This document shows positions 50,941-62,639 of a stretch of 64,000 nt of DNA, piece by piece (within the stretch, counting starts at the first letter, position 1; each line of letters starts with the position of its first letter). The notes under the pieces were generated by a model. That model did no database searches. It saw only the letters and a program-made list of their open reading frames with translations, and was not told the origin of the DNA. Source of the DNA: Podarcis erhardii (lineage: Eukaryota); the NCBI GenBank assembly GCA_964252035.1, contig OZ176204.1. The stretch is one strand, 5' to 3'. The position numbers and the translations under genes are program-made.

Positions 50941-53811
50941 CTAGTCAAACAAAGGAAACAGGGAAAGGAATAAAACCAACTTCAAACTGTTGGCATAAGT
51001 AGCCATTATTTTGGGGCAGCAGCATCCTTTCATGGGAGGGATGGGGAGCATGTGGCCCTCCATATTCTGTTGTTATTGTTGAACTACAACTCCCATCAGC
51101 CCCATGCAGCATCTGGTGGACCACCACTTCCCCATCCTTCCTGAAATGTCTCCCATACTTATTTAGCATTTGACGTGCCTATAGAGCACATGGAAAAGCT
51201 ACGTTGTCTAGGATATACACCTGTTTTTCCACTGTCCCCTGTTCTGCTTTCTCAAGCACATGAACAACAATCAGAAGTTTTCATGTGCCGGATTAGAAGG
51301 TACTCTTTGAGCCAATCTACATGTTCAGAGAAAGAACATGGGACAGCACTCCATGACCTGTTGTAGGTCAGAATGTGAGAGGTGTGTCACACAGCTATAG
51401 CTTCCCTTCCCTTTGCATGAACATAAACAAGCAGCAGGTCAAGAGTAAAGCTTGGTTAGAGCCTTTCTTTCTAAAACGCCAGATTTTTTGTGGTGGCAGG
51501 AGGGGAGTGGAATTCAATTTTGAAGACAGGGATAAAGTGCAGTTCCACTGCCTGGATTCCAAATTGGTACAGTCCCAGGAAAGTTGTAGCATTTGTGTGC
51601 CTCCTGAACATGTAGATCGGCCATTATATAGATGGGGATGTTGTTCCACTTCACCCAACTTTCTTTGGCAAGAAGATATGCTTTCCATGCGGTGCCAGAA
51701 TTCTTCAGTTACGTAACTCAGGTCTTTGAAAATTTCTGTAATCATGACATTTTAAACAATGATGATGCGTTATGTTTTTAGATATGCGGGTTGAGTTCAC
51801 TTCTGGATGCGAACGGGGCTCTGGAACGGATCCCATTGGCATTCAGAGGTACCAGTGTACCTACATTGGAGCTATAGGCTGCATAGGAATCCTCATTTAT
51901 GTCACTGTTGTGCTGTTTCCTTGATACTGTTTGCAACAAAAAAGGGGTGGAGGATTTGCATAAAGGAGAAACTAACAAATATGTACATTTTTGGAATCAG
52001 GAGAAAAGGATTTGTGATAGCAAAGCTTGACTTGGTGTTGCAAATTACCAAATCCAGTTTGTTAGGTGACTAAAGTTACAAGCCATTTTATAAGTAACTA
52101 TGTTAACTTCCTGCTACTCCAACCATCAAATAGTATTGTGGCACCTTAAAGACAAACAAGTTTTATTATGGCAGAACCTTTATGAAGAAGAGTCCACTTC
52201 ATTAGATGCATCTGATGAAATGGTCTCTGGTCCACATCTTGAAGGTGCCATAAGAGTTTTTTGTTGATCTTGGTTCTAATCCACTACTGCCCTCTATGGG
52301 TCACATAGATTCTCTCACTTGGAACACGTTCAAGAACCGATTTTGCAAAGTTAGTTACAACAAATATTATTAGACAATCTTCTGTGTTTTCCATTTCAAA
52401 TTTGGCATGATTGGAGCTCTAACAAAATCATCAACATCATGGCAAGATTCATGCATGTAACATAATGTGTGGTGGTGGGGTTCTTCAATAAGAAATTTGG
52501 TAGAGCAAATTGAAATTTGGCATTGATGAGTAAAAGTCTTCATATCAGCCTGGAAGACCTAAGGCAAATAAGTTCAAAGAAGACTGGGAATTGTTTAGGA
52601 CATTTTTGAATGCAAAACAGGTTGCTATAAGAGGTACTCCCTTTCTTTTGCTCTGCAGTATCTATCTTGGAATTTCATGGTGTAAAATAGGTTTCTAATG
52701 CTGCTTCTTATTTAAAGACTACAATATTGAATTAAGGGTGAATTAACTTTTAATATCTTTTTATACCTTGTCATTAAACATTTATGACATATTTGTAATT
52801 TCTTTATATAACTGATGTGTTGATGATAGCTTTAATCAATTTAATTATTTTTTAGGAAATGGTGTCATTCTATGTTGGTGTATAATGGGGATCACCAACA
52901 TGGTGCTTGAAGGCACCAGTGTTCCCGCCAGTACCTACTGCGATGCCCACAAAAGGTCTCAGTAAACACTCTCTCAAAAATCCATAGTTCAAAGGAGACT
53001 GTTTGCTCTTCTTGCTCAGTTCCTGATTGCATTGGCTCAGCTTCTCCTACATTGAACACACTTACACACCACTCTTAAACATGCCCACAGTTCATTGGAT
53101 TCTTGAATTGGACACCCATCCACTCATCTATTCTGAACACAGGAGAGGTGCAAAGAGCTTCTCTCTGGGGCAGCCCTGGGGTGGATGATAAAAAGGCACC
53201 TGCATCAGCTACCTCATAGAAAAATGCTCCTTGCAGTTCTCGGTTCAGAAATCAACTGCTCTTGGTGAGTGAGCACAATGTTGCCTGATAAAATAACTTT
53301 GCCAGATACACCTGGTTGTAGGACAGTGTCCAATCCTGTAGGAACCTGTTTCCCATTCATGAGGTAGCTGGTGGTTGTGGACATGCCCTTACCATTTTGC
53401 GGTTGTGTCCCTCTTTCTGCTGTTTTAGATGTGGCAGCCATTTTGTGTCATGCCACATTCCCCATGGCAGGCATGTTGTGTTGCGCCACACCCTCAAGAT
53501 AGCCATTTCTTGACTGGTATCTGTGGCACTTTCTGGTATGTAATAACTTGGCCTGGGCCTAGTGAACACAAACCATTATTATTCCTACAGTGCACAAGTC
53601 TTCACTAGGCCTGTGCTAAGACCTGGCATGCTGACATAGATTGATCATATTATCAAAACTAAGGCCAACAGAGACTACTGCCTCAATTATGTCATGGACA
53701 GCCTGGTTCCTGGTTGCAAAGGGTCTCCCTAGAAGCCCTTTCCACAAAATCTCCCACCCACTGCAATTTTGGTGCTACCTTTAGATCTGTCTTAAACCAA
53801 ACCCAACTTAC

Positions 53812-54731
53812 CGATATGTTGTAGAAGATGAGGAGAATTGAGATGTTTTGTAGGACCTTCCTTCTGATACTTTGTTTTTTAGGTTCTCTCTCAATGTGTG
53901 AAATCTGGAAGAGGGATGGGTCATCACCATGATCTGACAAGTGCATGGGCAGTTGATTTTCCAAACTGGCCATGATGTTGGTCAGTGTATGGGTTTTGGA
54001 GTAAGGTCTATTGCCGTCCTGTTCTGCAGGACCTCTGGAAATGGAAAAGATCCAGCTGGCGGCAGCAGAATTGCTGTTGTCTTGGCCATCTGGCTCTTGA
54101 GGGAGGCTTGAGTACAAAGCTTCAGTAATGAAGAGATTCTGTCCCAATATCTGGATGGTCTTGCAGAGGGAGAAGCAGAAGTCTAGGAGGTGGAGGCCAC
54201 CATTGGTATGAAGAAATAAGATGGCAACCAAAGAGAAGATGGATACCATGAGGGGACCACAGGAGCTGCCGAGAAGCAAGGTGACATCTAAGTTTCTTAC
54301 CACGCTTTTGTCAGAAGGGAGAGCTGCAGATTTTTTCTTCATTCTGTAGGTGGCAATGCCAATCAAAGTTGCCAGGAACATGGCAGACAAGAGCACAGAG
54401 TTGAAGATGTAGTATGTCCGTAGGGCTTCAGGAATGGTGTGGGGAGACTTGGCAAGCACTCCAAAAGAGATCATCACCCCAAATGTTGCTGAAATGGCCA
54501 AGGCCCCCAGCACTAGCCCCACAAAAGCCCCACTGAGATGGAAGTGTGCCTTGTGAGTAAGCTGGGGCTTTTGGCTGGGGCTTTGCCGCCCCGTGTTCTT
54601 CCAGATGATGTACAGCATTGTAGAAGAGAAGAGACTGAACTCAATATTGAAGGGATGCAGGTAGGCGGCACCTTCTGAAAAGATGTGGCAAAGGCTGGTG
54701 GTACAGATGCAGCTGTTGGTGTGGGAACCAC
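53812..54731 (-). CDS. Otopetrin-family proton channel, coding exon 5 (920 nt)
   Basis: CAG at 54732-54734. Encodes CICTTSLCHIFSEGAAYLHPFNIEFSLFSSTMLYIIWKNTG...LDVTLL...GQNLFITEAL...RRKVLQNISILLIFYNIS. Donor GTAAG; multiple hydrophobic TM segments. Confidence 0.92.
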
Positions 54732-55296
54732 CTGTAGGAAGAATAGGATGCTTGTGCTAGAAGAGGGATATATGTTTAGCAGAGGAACAACAGAAAAGGT
54801 TGTCTGGCAACTTCTAACTGGAAAAGAGGACAATTCTATCTGCTTAGGTCACACCCACAGCAAATATTTAAAGCATTCTTACACCACTTTAACACTCATG
54901 GAGAATCCTAGGAACTGTGGTTTGTTAAGGGTGCTGGGAATTGTAGCTTGGTGAGGTCAGCACTACAATTCCCAGGATTCTTTGGGGGAAGCCTGACTCT
55001 TAAAATGGTATTAAGAGCAAGCACTTTTTTGTGTGGCTGTGCCCCGTGTGCAGTTGAGAAACCGCACACAGTTCTTTTCCACCGGCTGATGTAAGACCAG
55101 CACAAACAGTTGGGCCTGGTGAGCACTCAATGTTTCCATCCCCATTAGTTATAATCCGTGGGTTGCCATCTGATTTTATTCTGCTCCAAATTTGATTTTA
55201 AGCTGTATTTTAATTGATTGTTTGATTTATGTTTTTAATGTAACATACTTTGATGGTAGTCACCCTGAGCCTGGTCCTGGCTGGGGAGGGTGGGGT

Positions 55297-55298
<2 letters not shown>

Positions 55299-55388
<90 letters not shown>
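55299..55388. repeat. (AAT)n microsatellite forming the tail of an L2-like 3' end (~55190-55388)
   Basis: About 29 AAT units with one interruption, preceded by gtcaccctgagc...gggtggggta. Confidence 0.9.
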
Positions 55389-55933
55389 TTTCTGCTTTCT
55401 TCATCCAATCATGACAACTTTATACCAAAACACGCTGTGGGAAGGGGAGCTGCAGGCTAACTGTATCTGTAAATAAATTCTTACCACTGAATTTGGAGGA
55501 TGGGTGCTTCAGAGGAATGGCATGAGATGGAACATCATGTATAGGAAGCACAGTGATCGTAGGGTGGATAGTTAAAGCATGGATGGGAAATGGCTCAATC
55601 CAGGGGGAAACTCAAGTGAAGTGGAGTGTTAGGGCTTTGCAGCATTGGGGAAGGGATGCAAAGGAGAAATATGGGGTGCGGCAGCTGCAGAGCTGCATTC
55701 TACAGGGGGCCTCTCCTTATGTTATTGGAGCCAAATATTTCCTTATATGCTGGGCTGAGTCTCAGCAGTTTCCCAGTCCCAGCCCCATGAGGGGCTCAAG
55801 AGTAAATGGCAAAGTAAGGGGGCACATCTGCTGGAAAGAAGGCCAGAGAACGGATGTGAATACTAAGAGAACATACATTACTGGGCTACCATATAAGTAT
55901 AGCAAGACAGCAAGTAAACAGAAGTCCCTTGGA

Positions 55934-56108
55934 CAGGGTTGCCATACGTCCAGAATTTCCTGGACTTACTCGGAATACCACATTCCTCAGCAGAGTCTGG
56001 GTGGAAATAGGCCGAATGTCTGGGAAAATCCAGATGTATGGCAGCCTATGTCAGCAGCTTTACAACTTTGCTGTCCGGATTTTCCCTGTTTGAAATATGG
56101 CAACCCTA
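55934..56108. mobile_element. hAT-type MITE, 175 bp
   Basis: TIRs CAGGGTTGCCATA / TATGGCAACCCTA. 8-bp flanks cccttgga / tccttgga match at 7 of 8 positions. Confidence 0.8.
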
Positions 56109-56238
56109 TCCTTGGATTTGCACCATGCCTTTGGTCACTTTGAAAGACTTAGTTCCTAAGTTTGTCCCTGATCAAGCCAAGCCATTTGTAGACCTCTCTT
56201 TGAGAGCTCACTCCCCAGATGAGAAGGACAGTTTGTAC

Positions 56239-56366
56239 CATGGGGGGCCTGTGAAGTCTCTCCCTTGTGAGCATCATAAAATTCTTCCAGCTGCTTCATG
56301 GACTCATCCAGCACCACACTCATCCACAGGAGCACGTTGGTGGCTAGAGTGTGCATCAGCCCAAAC
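56239..56366 (-). CDS. Otopetrin-family proton channel, coding exon 4
   Basis: Encodes RFGLMHTLATNVLLWMSVVLDESMKQL..., matching the otopetrin RFGxxHxxxTNxLLW motif. TAG / GTAC; phase 2 in, 1 out. Confidence 0.92.
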
Positions 56367-56380
56367 CTAGAAGTCACAAG

Positions 56381-56431
56381 GAGGAAGGAAGGAAGGAAGG
56401 AAGGAAGGAAGGAAGGAAGGAAGGAAGGAAG
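56381..56431. repeat. (GGAA)n microsatellite beside the otopetrin exon 4 acceptor
   Basis: Direct reading. Confidence 0.95.
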
Positions 56432-56704
56432 GGGATAAATGCAAAATCTCTGCACTTCACCCTTCCCTACTCAATTTGGTTCAAAGTTAGATAGAGGCTC
56501 CCTGGCCCCAAGCCAAACATTCCTCCCAGCCATGATTAGCATCTTTGTAGTCATTTCATGCACTGGCATTCTTACGAGGCTGCCAAAAACCTGACTCGCT
56601 TTTCCCTGCATGGTTGCCTCATCTGCAACATTCAGATTCTTCCAGGCGTCCTCATCCTTGCCAGAGGCAGAATTTTCATATTACAGCTACCCAATGCAAA
56701 CCCT

Positions 56705-56870
56705 CCTGTGGTGCAATGGGTCAGCACATCTGCTTGTTAATTGAAAGGTGGGTGGTTCAAGCCCTCTAAGGGACAGCTGCAGGCAAAATATTCCTACATT
56801 GCAGGGTGTTAGACTAGATGACCCTTGGGGTCCCTTCTAACTCTATGTCTCTGATTCTCTGTGATTCTAA
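56705..56870 (+). mobile_element. Degenerate tRNA-headed SINE with CR1-like tail
   Basis: gtggtgcaatgggtcagcac...ggtggttcaagccc head; ttcctacattgcagggtgttagactagatgaccctt...ctctgattct tail. Confidence 0.6.
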
Positions 56871-57248
56871 TTGCATCCAGTGCAGTGCTAAGTGCATGCC
56901 CTAGCAGTACAATGATTACTGTTTGTGCAACAGGGCTTTCCTTCCCTGCCTGTGCACCCCTTAAATATGTTCTGGACTTTCCTTTACCTCTGGAGCACAT
57001 TTAGGGAAAGGGCACAGGGTGGGGGTGAAGAGGAGGAGAGAGAGTCCTGCAGTACAAACAGCAGTCTTCGTGCTGATGGGGTGCTTTCATTTATTGCATT
57101 TTTATCCCACCTTTGAAGAAAGATGGATGAAATAATAAAGAATCCCATAGGTTAGAAAAGACTGTACAAGTTCAAACCTTGGACCAGTGTGTATGCCTGG
57201 TAGCTGTATGGGTTGCTGATTTTACATAGCTCAAGAGAATACACCTAC

Positions 57249-57307
57249 CTATTTAGATGCTGATGTTCCTGGATGCAAACTTTAGCATTAAACAACAGCA
57301 CTGAGAC
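57249..57307 (-). CDS. Otopetrin-family proton channel, coding exon 3 (59 nt)
   Basis: Encodes VSVLLFNAKVCIQEHQHLNR, similar to the otopetrin VYFLWxHAKDxIQ segment. CAG / GTAGG. Confidence 0.88.
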
Positions 57308-57490
57308 CTGTAAGAAGGGAAGGAAGGTGCCAGGGCGGGGAAAGAGACAGAAGACCACATCACCATTTGCCACTAATAGTATAAACCAGTCTTCCCCAAC
57401 CTGGTGCTCTCTGTGTTTATTGGACTCCCAACTCCCATTAGCCCCATCCAGGAAGGTCAATGGCCAGGGAGATTGGAAGTTGTAGTCCAT

Positions 57491-57825
57491 GCGGGTTAAA
57501 CCACAGAGCCTAGGACTTGCCGATCAGAAGGTCAGCGGTTCGAATCCCCGCGATGGGGTGAGCTCCCGTTGCTCGGTCCCAGCTCCTGCCAACCTAGCAG
57601 TTCAGAAGCATGTCAAAGTGCAAGTAGATAAATAGGTACCGCTCCGGTGGGAAGGTAAATGGCGTTTCCGTGCGCTGCTCTGGTTCGCCAGAAGCGGCTT
57701 AGTCACGCTGGCCACATGACCTGGAAGCTGTACGCCGGCTTCCTTGGCCAATAAAGCGAGATGAGTGCCGCAACCCCAGAGGAGGCCATGACTGGACCTA
57801 ACGGTCAGGTGTCCCTTTACCTTTA
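57491..57825 (+). mobile_element. Sauria SINE, near full length
   Basis: gggttaaaccacagagcctaggacttgccgatcagaaggtcagcggttcgaatccc...gtgcaagtagataaataggtacc...cctttaccttta, the squamate Sauria SINE as I recall it. CpG-rich, so probably young. Confidence 0.9.
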
Positions 57826-58090
57826 GCTTGACTATGGTTGCTGAAAGCCCACTAGGTTCAGGAAGCTTGGCACAAACTGTTCCTCCAGTACTCTGAAATT
57901 TTGCCTTATGCACTGCCTCTTTAACAGTAGTGAACATTTTGCAAGGAGAAAGAACACAGTGGAGAGAAGCAGAAAGGGCTGGGATCCTAGATGTATGGCA
58001 GAAAAGGAAGGAGAATAGCTAACTCCTCTAAGGCTGATCCTGCCTGTGCTGTGGCATCCCCACCAAATATCTGACCACATTAGACCTCAC

Positions 58091-58227
58091 CTGGATGATG
58101 GTAAAAACAGCCTGCACGACAGGGAAGGTGGTGATGAGCATGGAGGCGCAGTGCTGCAGCTCGTAGCAGTACCCCAGGGAGAGGCAGTCCAGAACCAAGG
58201 TGGCCAGTGCAAAGAGAGAGAGACCGC
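58091..58227 (-). CDS. Otopetrin-family proton channel, coding exon 2
   Basis: Encodes GGLSLFALATLVLDCLSLGYCYELQHCASMLITTFPVVQAVFTIIQ. CAG / GTGAG. Confidence 0.9.
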
Positions 58228-59157
58228 CTGCCATGACAAGACAGCATGGTCACCACAAATGCGGCACAGAAAGCAGGCACGCTGATAATTTATTCAGGAA
58301 GCAGAAGGGGGCAGGAGGTCCATTCATATTAAGCCAAGACTGTGGGACCAGACAGAGCAAGGGGAGCAGGCTCCCTGCTGATGAAGGAAAGCATCTGCAT
58401 CCTGACAGTTCCACCCTGTCAGTTCCAAAGTGAGTCCCCAGTGCCTTTCTCCACTGACCCATAAGACTACAGATTAAAAAACAACAACATGAGCTGCATG
58501 GAAGGGGAATTGTGAAACAAGACTGAGAAATCTGTGGTTTCATGGAAGTCCCCACCCTCGCCAATCATTGCGATGCTAATAGGGGTAGGCAGCTGATGCG
58601 AGTGGTTGTTTGTGAGAACAAATTGGCTGATATAACCAGTGCTTTCCCACCCTAAAACAGTGTTTAGGGGTACTCTCATTTTGACTCAAGAAAACCACCA
58701 TTTTATAGTTCAAATCAGAGAAAATAAATACGGTAAATGGACAAAGTACAGAGATTCACAAAATGTTTAGGGGTATGCGTATCCCTGCGTCCTCCCAGAA
58801 AAAAAAGCACTGGATAGAACAATAGGTTCTCTGTCTCTCTGAAATGAAATGAAGTGCAAGTCAGGCTAATAGCAGAGTGGGCTGAAATTCTGAAATATCT
58901 TCTGGTTGGCTTGGATCTGTCAGACACCAGCAGATCCAAGAACCACATTTTCTCTGCAGGATTCAACTGGGATGATGTCTTGTGTGTCACAACTCCTCTA
59001 ATTCACTTGTCTGAGTCCCCTTTTAGTAGAAATGCCAAAACTTTGGAAGGGCAAGGAGGTTTCATTGCTAGTGATGGTCTTCGTTGTTTGAAGGATTGCA
59101 CAATTTGCTTGGGCATGAGCATATTGCAGTGGATCCTATCAGTGTCAACATCTCTAC

Positions 59158-59407
59158 CTTTTAGCCAGCTTGCTCCTGCCTGGTGATCCTGGTGCCGTTT
59201 CAGCTGCTTGTTGCGGGAAGAGTGGCAGCCAAACCAGAGCATCCAGATGCAGGAAGAGATCATGAGCGCCTCCAGGAAAGCATGGACGTTGCGGCTCTGT
59301 GAGCTGTGCTGGTGCATCTCAGCAAGGAGCACCGCACTGCCCACAAACGTCAGAAGCACCAAATAGAGGAGGGAAAGCAGGGAACTGGAGAGCATGGTAG
59401 ATGCCAT
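59158..59407 (-). CDS. Otopetrin-family proton channel, coding exon 1 (start codon inferred)
   Basis: GCC ATG G at 59407. Encodes MASTMLSSSLLSLLY...FLEALMISSCIWMLWF...QDHQAGASWLK, matching the otopetrin DxHAGxxWL motif. Donor GTAGA; candidate acceptor CTGCAG ending at 59436. The 3' boundary is firm, the start is less so. Confidence 0.82.
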
Positions 59408-59687
59408 GGCTAAGCAGGGTCTTTTTGCTGGGTATCTGCAGTGCAGCAAGGTATAGCTCAGCATTACAGGGAATATAACTGTAGACAGAAATAGACTCAA
59501 GAGAGAAAGGTCAGGAACACACATCCTATGCGCCATGCTATATAACTGTGTGGATCTTATAACACAGAGACATGCACACAGCTCAGTACGAGGGCTGTAA
59601 TAGTGCATGCATTCCCTTCAGCCTGCCTTCAGTATGAGTCCAAATGACTAAATTTTTGAACTGGCAGTGCTTTTCAACAGTTTATTC

Positions 59688-60009
59688 CAGGGGTCAGCAA
59701 ACTTTTTCAGCAGGGGGCCGGTCCACTGTCCCTCAGACCTTGTGGGGGGCCAGACTATATTTTTGGAGAAAAAAATGAACAAATTCCTATGCCCTACAAA
59801 TAACCGAGAGATGTATTTTAAATAAAAGAACACATTCTACTCCTGTAAAAACACCAGGCAGGCCCCACAAATAACCCAGTGGTGCTTTTTAAATAAAAGG
59901 ACACATTCTACTCATGTAAAAACACACTGATTCCCGGTCCGTCTGTGGGCCAGGTTTAGAAGGCAATTGGGCTGGATCCGGCCACTGGGACTTAGTTTGC
60001 CTACCCATG
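59688..60009 (-). mobile_element. hAT-type MITE, inverted second copy of the element at 1235-1543
   Basis: Reverse-complement similarity to 1235-1543. 8-bp flanks gtttattc / gtttatgc match at 7 of 8 positions. Confidence 0.85.
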
Positions 60010-60446
60010 GTTTATGCCATGGTGGTCCACTGCCAGGCTGCACGACTTCCAAAGGAGAATGTTAGGATGTTAGAGTTGGTTCCTTATTCTGCATTTGATT
60101 CAGCTGCAGCTGTAGTGTGGGAAAGCTCTGGGCAATTTAACACTTTTGCACTATAAAAACAAGCCATCACAAATCGTATACATCCATGTCACCAGGAGAA
60201 TGTGACCTAGCTGCGTGACTAGCTCACAGCTTCTGTCACGAAGAGGAAAATCCCAGGAACAAAGAACTCATCCGGCCTGGTGCTCAGTGCCAGGGAATCT
60301 GTCTTCCACAAATGGTTAACAATGCAATGCTTCCTAACCATGTTTATTCAGAACTAAATCCTACTGAATTAAGTGGGGTTTGATCCCAGGTTGTGCCGTT
60401 AGGATTGCAGCCTAAATCATCTGCCTCCACCCTCCTCTGCAGTCAT

Positions 60447-60447
60447 A

Positions 60448-60488
<41 letters not shown>

Positions 60489-60600
60489 ATAATTTTATTA
60501 TTTATACCCCACCCATCTGACTGGGTTTCCCCAGCTACTCTGAGCGGCTTACAGCATATATTAAAAATTGTAAAACATCAGACATTAAAAATTTCCCGAT
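60447..60600 (-). repeat. (TAC)n microsatellite adjoining an L2-like 3' end
   Basis: (TAC)n at about 60447-60488, followed by atttataccccaccc...ctctgagcggcttacagca. Confidence 0.7.
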
Positions 60601-62639
60601 ACATACCTAATGAAATCAAACCCCAAACCTATAAACATCCCTTTCCAATGTCTACTCATAGTTACGCTTGTATTCTCTGCAAGATGTATGAGAGATATAT
60701 GGACACAACAGGAAATGTTTTTGGACGGTATGGGGTCAGACTTAGGGGGCTAATAAATAAACTCTTCTCTTGTTAGGCTTTCCATGAACCCCATCTGCCT
60801 AGCGTACAGCCCTTCATATACTGTAACGCAATTGCAAAATCAAGCTTTGGACCAAAAACACAAAGTGAGGAATGTGAGGCTTGCTAACACGGGCTGGATC
60901 AGAGGAGTCAGAAGATTGATATTGTGTCCTGCAACACAGGTGCTTTTTTTGGAAGCAATGTGCCTCCCTCTAGGTTGGTGCACCGGACCCCTTTTCTTGG
61001 ATAGTGGGAACCCTAACACCACATTTTGCAGCTGAAATAATGGGGTGATCCTGCATCACCAAGAACATTTCTTTTCACTCACCCTCCTGAGATAGTTGAA
61101 ATTACTAAACAGACTTTCCTAGGGGGTAAAAAAGAAGGCAATATCATGAGTCTTTGCACATGAGCACGGAATCCACCAATTTTTGAAATGGGAAAATGAT
61201 ACCCCAAGCACTCCCTCCAGAATTCTTAGGGATGGAGCCCTTCCCCTTGGAACAGTGGAATCCTTGTGTACATGCTCATTATAAGATCTAGATTCCAAAG
61301 CACACCTTATTCTGCTCTAGGCCCTTTCCCTTGCAAGATCCTACTCACCTGGTTGTGTCATGATGCTGAGAGTCGTTCTCTCACATGCCTACCACAGATT
61401 TGGGATTTATCTCAAGGAACCAGCAAGGCAAGGGTATTAATATACCAGGAACGATGGCCCCAGGGGGCAACTTGGGCCCACCCCTACCAGCATAATCAGG
61501 GGCAGGGAGATCAGGATTTCCATATCCTTTCTCCTCCACTCCCTGCTCTCATCCTCGCCTGGTGTTTAAATGTCTCTTTGTAAGCTAATGGGATTTGAAT
61601 AGAAAGGGCTGGGGCTTTAATAATGTATACCATCTAGCAATGGATGGGAAAACAAGTACATTTCTTTTACATTAACTGTTGTGAGCAGAACAAACAAGTA
61701 AGCAATTTCCATGAGGTGGTTATATCCCACCAAAGAAACATTGGAATGTTTCCTTTTGAAATATATCCAAATAGTAGACATACATGTTTTAAATCATTTT
61801 ATTTTTATTTAAAATAATATTTCCAAAAATATCTCATGGTCATCAGTACATGTTTCATGATTGTATTCTAAATCACACTAGAACATAAATACCAACAAAG
61901 CAATAAATCACATTGTTTTTGGTCTATTTCAGCTGAAAAAGCTATCCATGCATAACAATGTAACAATTCATAGATTACCACTAAAGTAAAGGGTACTACA
62001 AGTATTAAGCATTTCTACCATGATATTGTGATTAATTCGGCTAAAGATATTTTCACATTGAGATGTCATGAATTCATACACGTTTGTCACACAGCATCTA
62101 AGAAATGTTCTGGCATTTGTTACAAATTCAGTAAACAGCAGCCCATTCCTGACATCTGATCTCAGATGGGACCCTATGCCATATCCCACTCCTTATAAGA
62201 ATGTCTCCTTGGCCATCCTGGCTGGGGCTGATAGGAGTTGTAGTCCAAAACGTCAACGCTTCTGCTTCTTCTGCCCTAATTTATGCTTCTCATGCGAGGC
62301 CATTCCATTCCACTGCATATGCAATAATATATTTTATCCATGGACTCTAGAGACTCAGCTAGCTCCTCTCGCAGGTCCTGTTACAGGTCACCTGTATCCT
62401 GACTGCCAGCTTACTCTGAGCAAGCTGTTAAGAAACAAAGCTGACCCCCCCCCCACTCCGCCGCCCCTTCCAATCAAATTCTGCTGCGGGGGGTGGGTCG
62501 TACAATTGCCTGTTTTAAAGAGCAGCGAAGGAAGGAAATACTCTGCACATGTTCAAGGGCACTTTCCCCTAGCATCTCGCCCATTCCAGGGCCGGAGACG
62601 GGTTACTGGAGAAGCAGGCCCGCAGGGCTGCACCTGGGT

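Noticed and set aside
52300-52640. AT-rich stretch resembling a decayed LINE (L1-like) 3' end
   Set aside because: Too degenerate to assign without a repeat-library search.
55192-55476. Poly-Asn/Ile/Tyr ORFs
   Set aside because: Translations of the (AAT)n microsatellite.
59436-59608. In-frame N-terminal extension of the otopetrin ORF (MHYYSP...)
   Set aside because: It runs through a pyrimidine-rich tract ending in CTGCAG, so it is more likely intron. It shows no otopetrin similarity.
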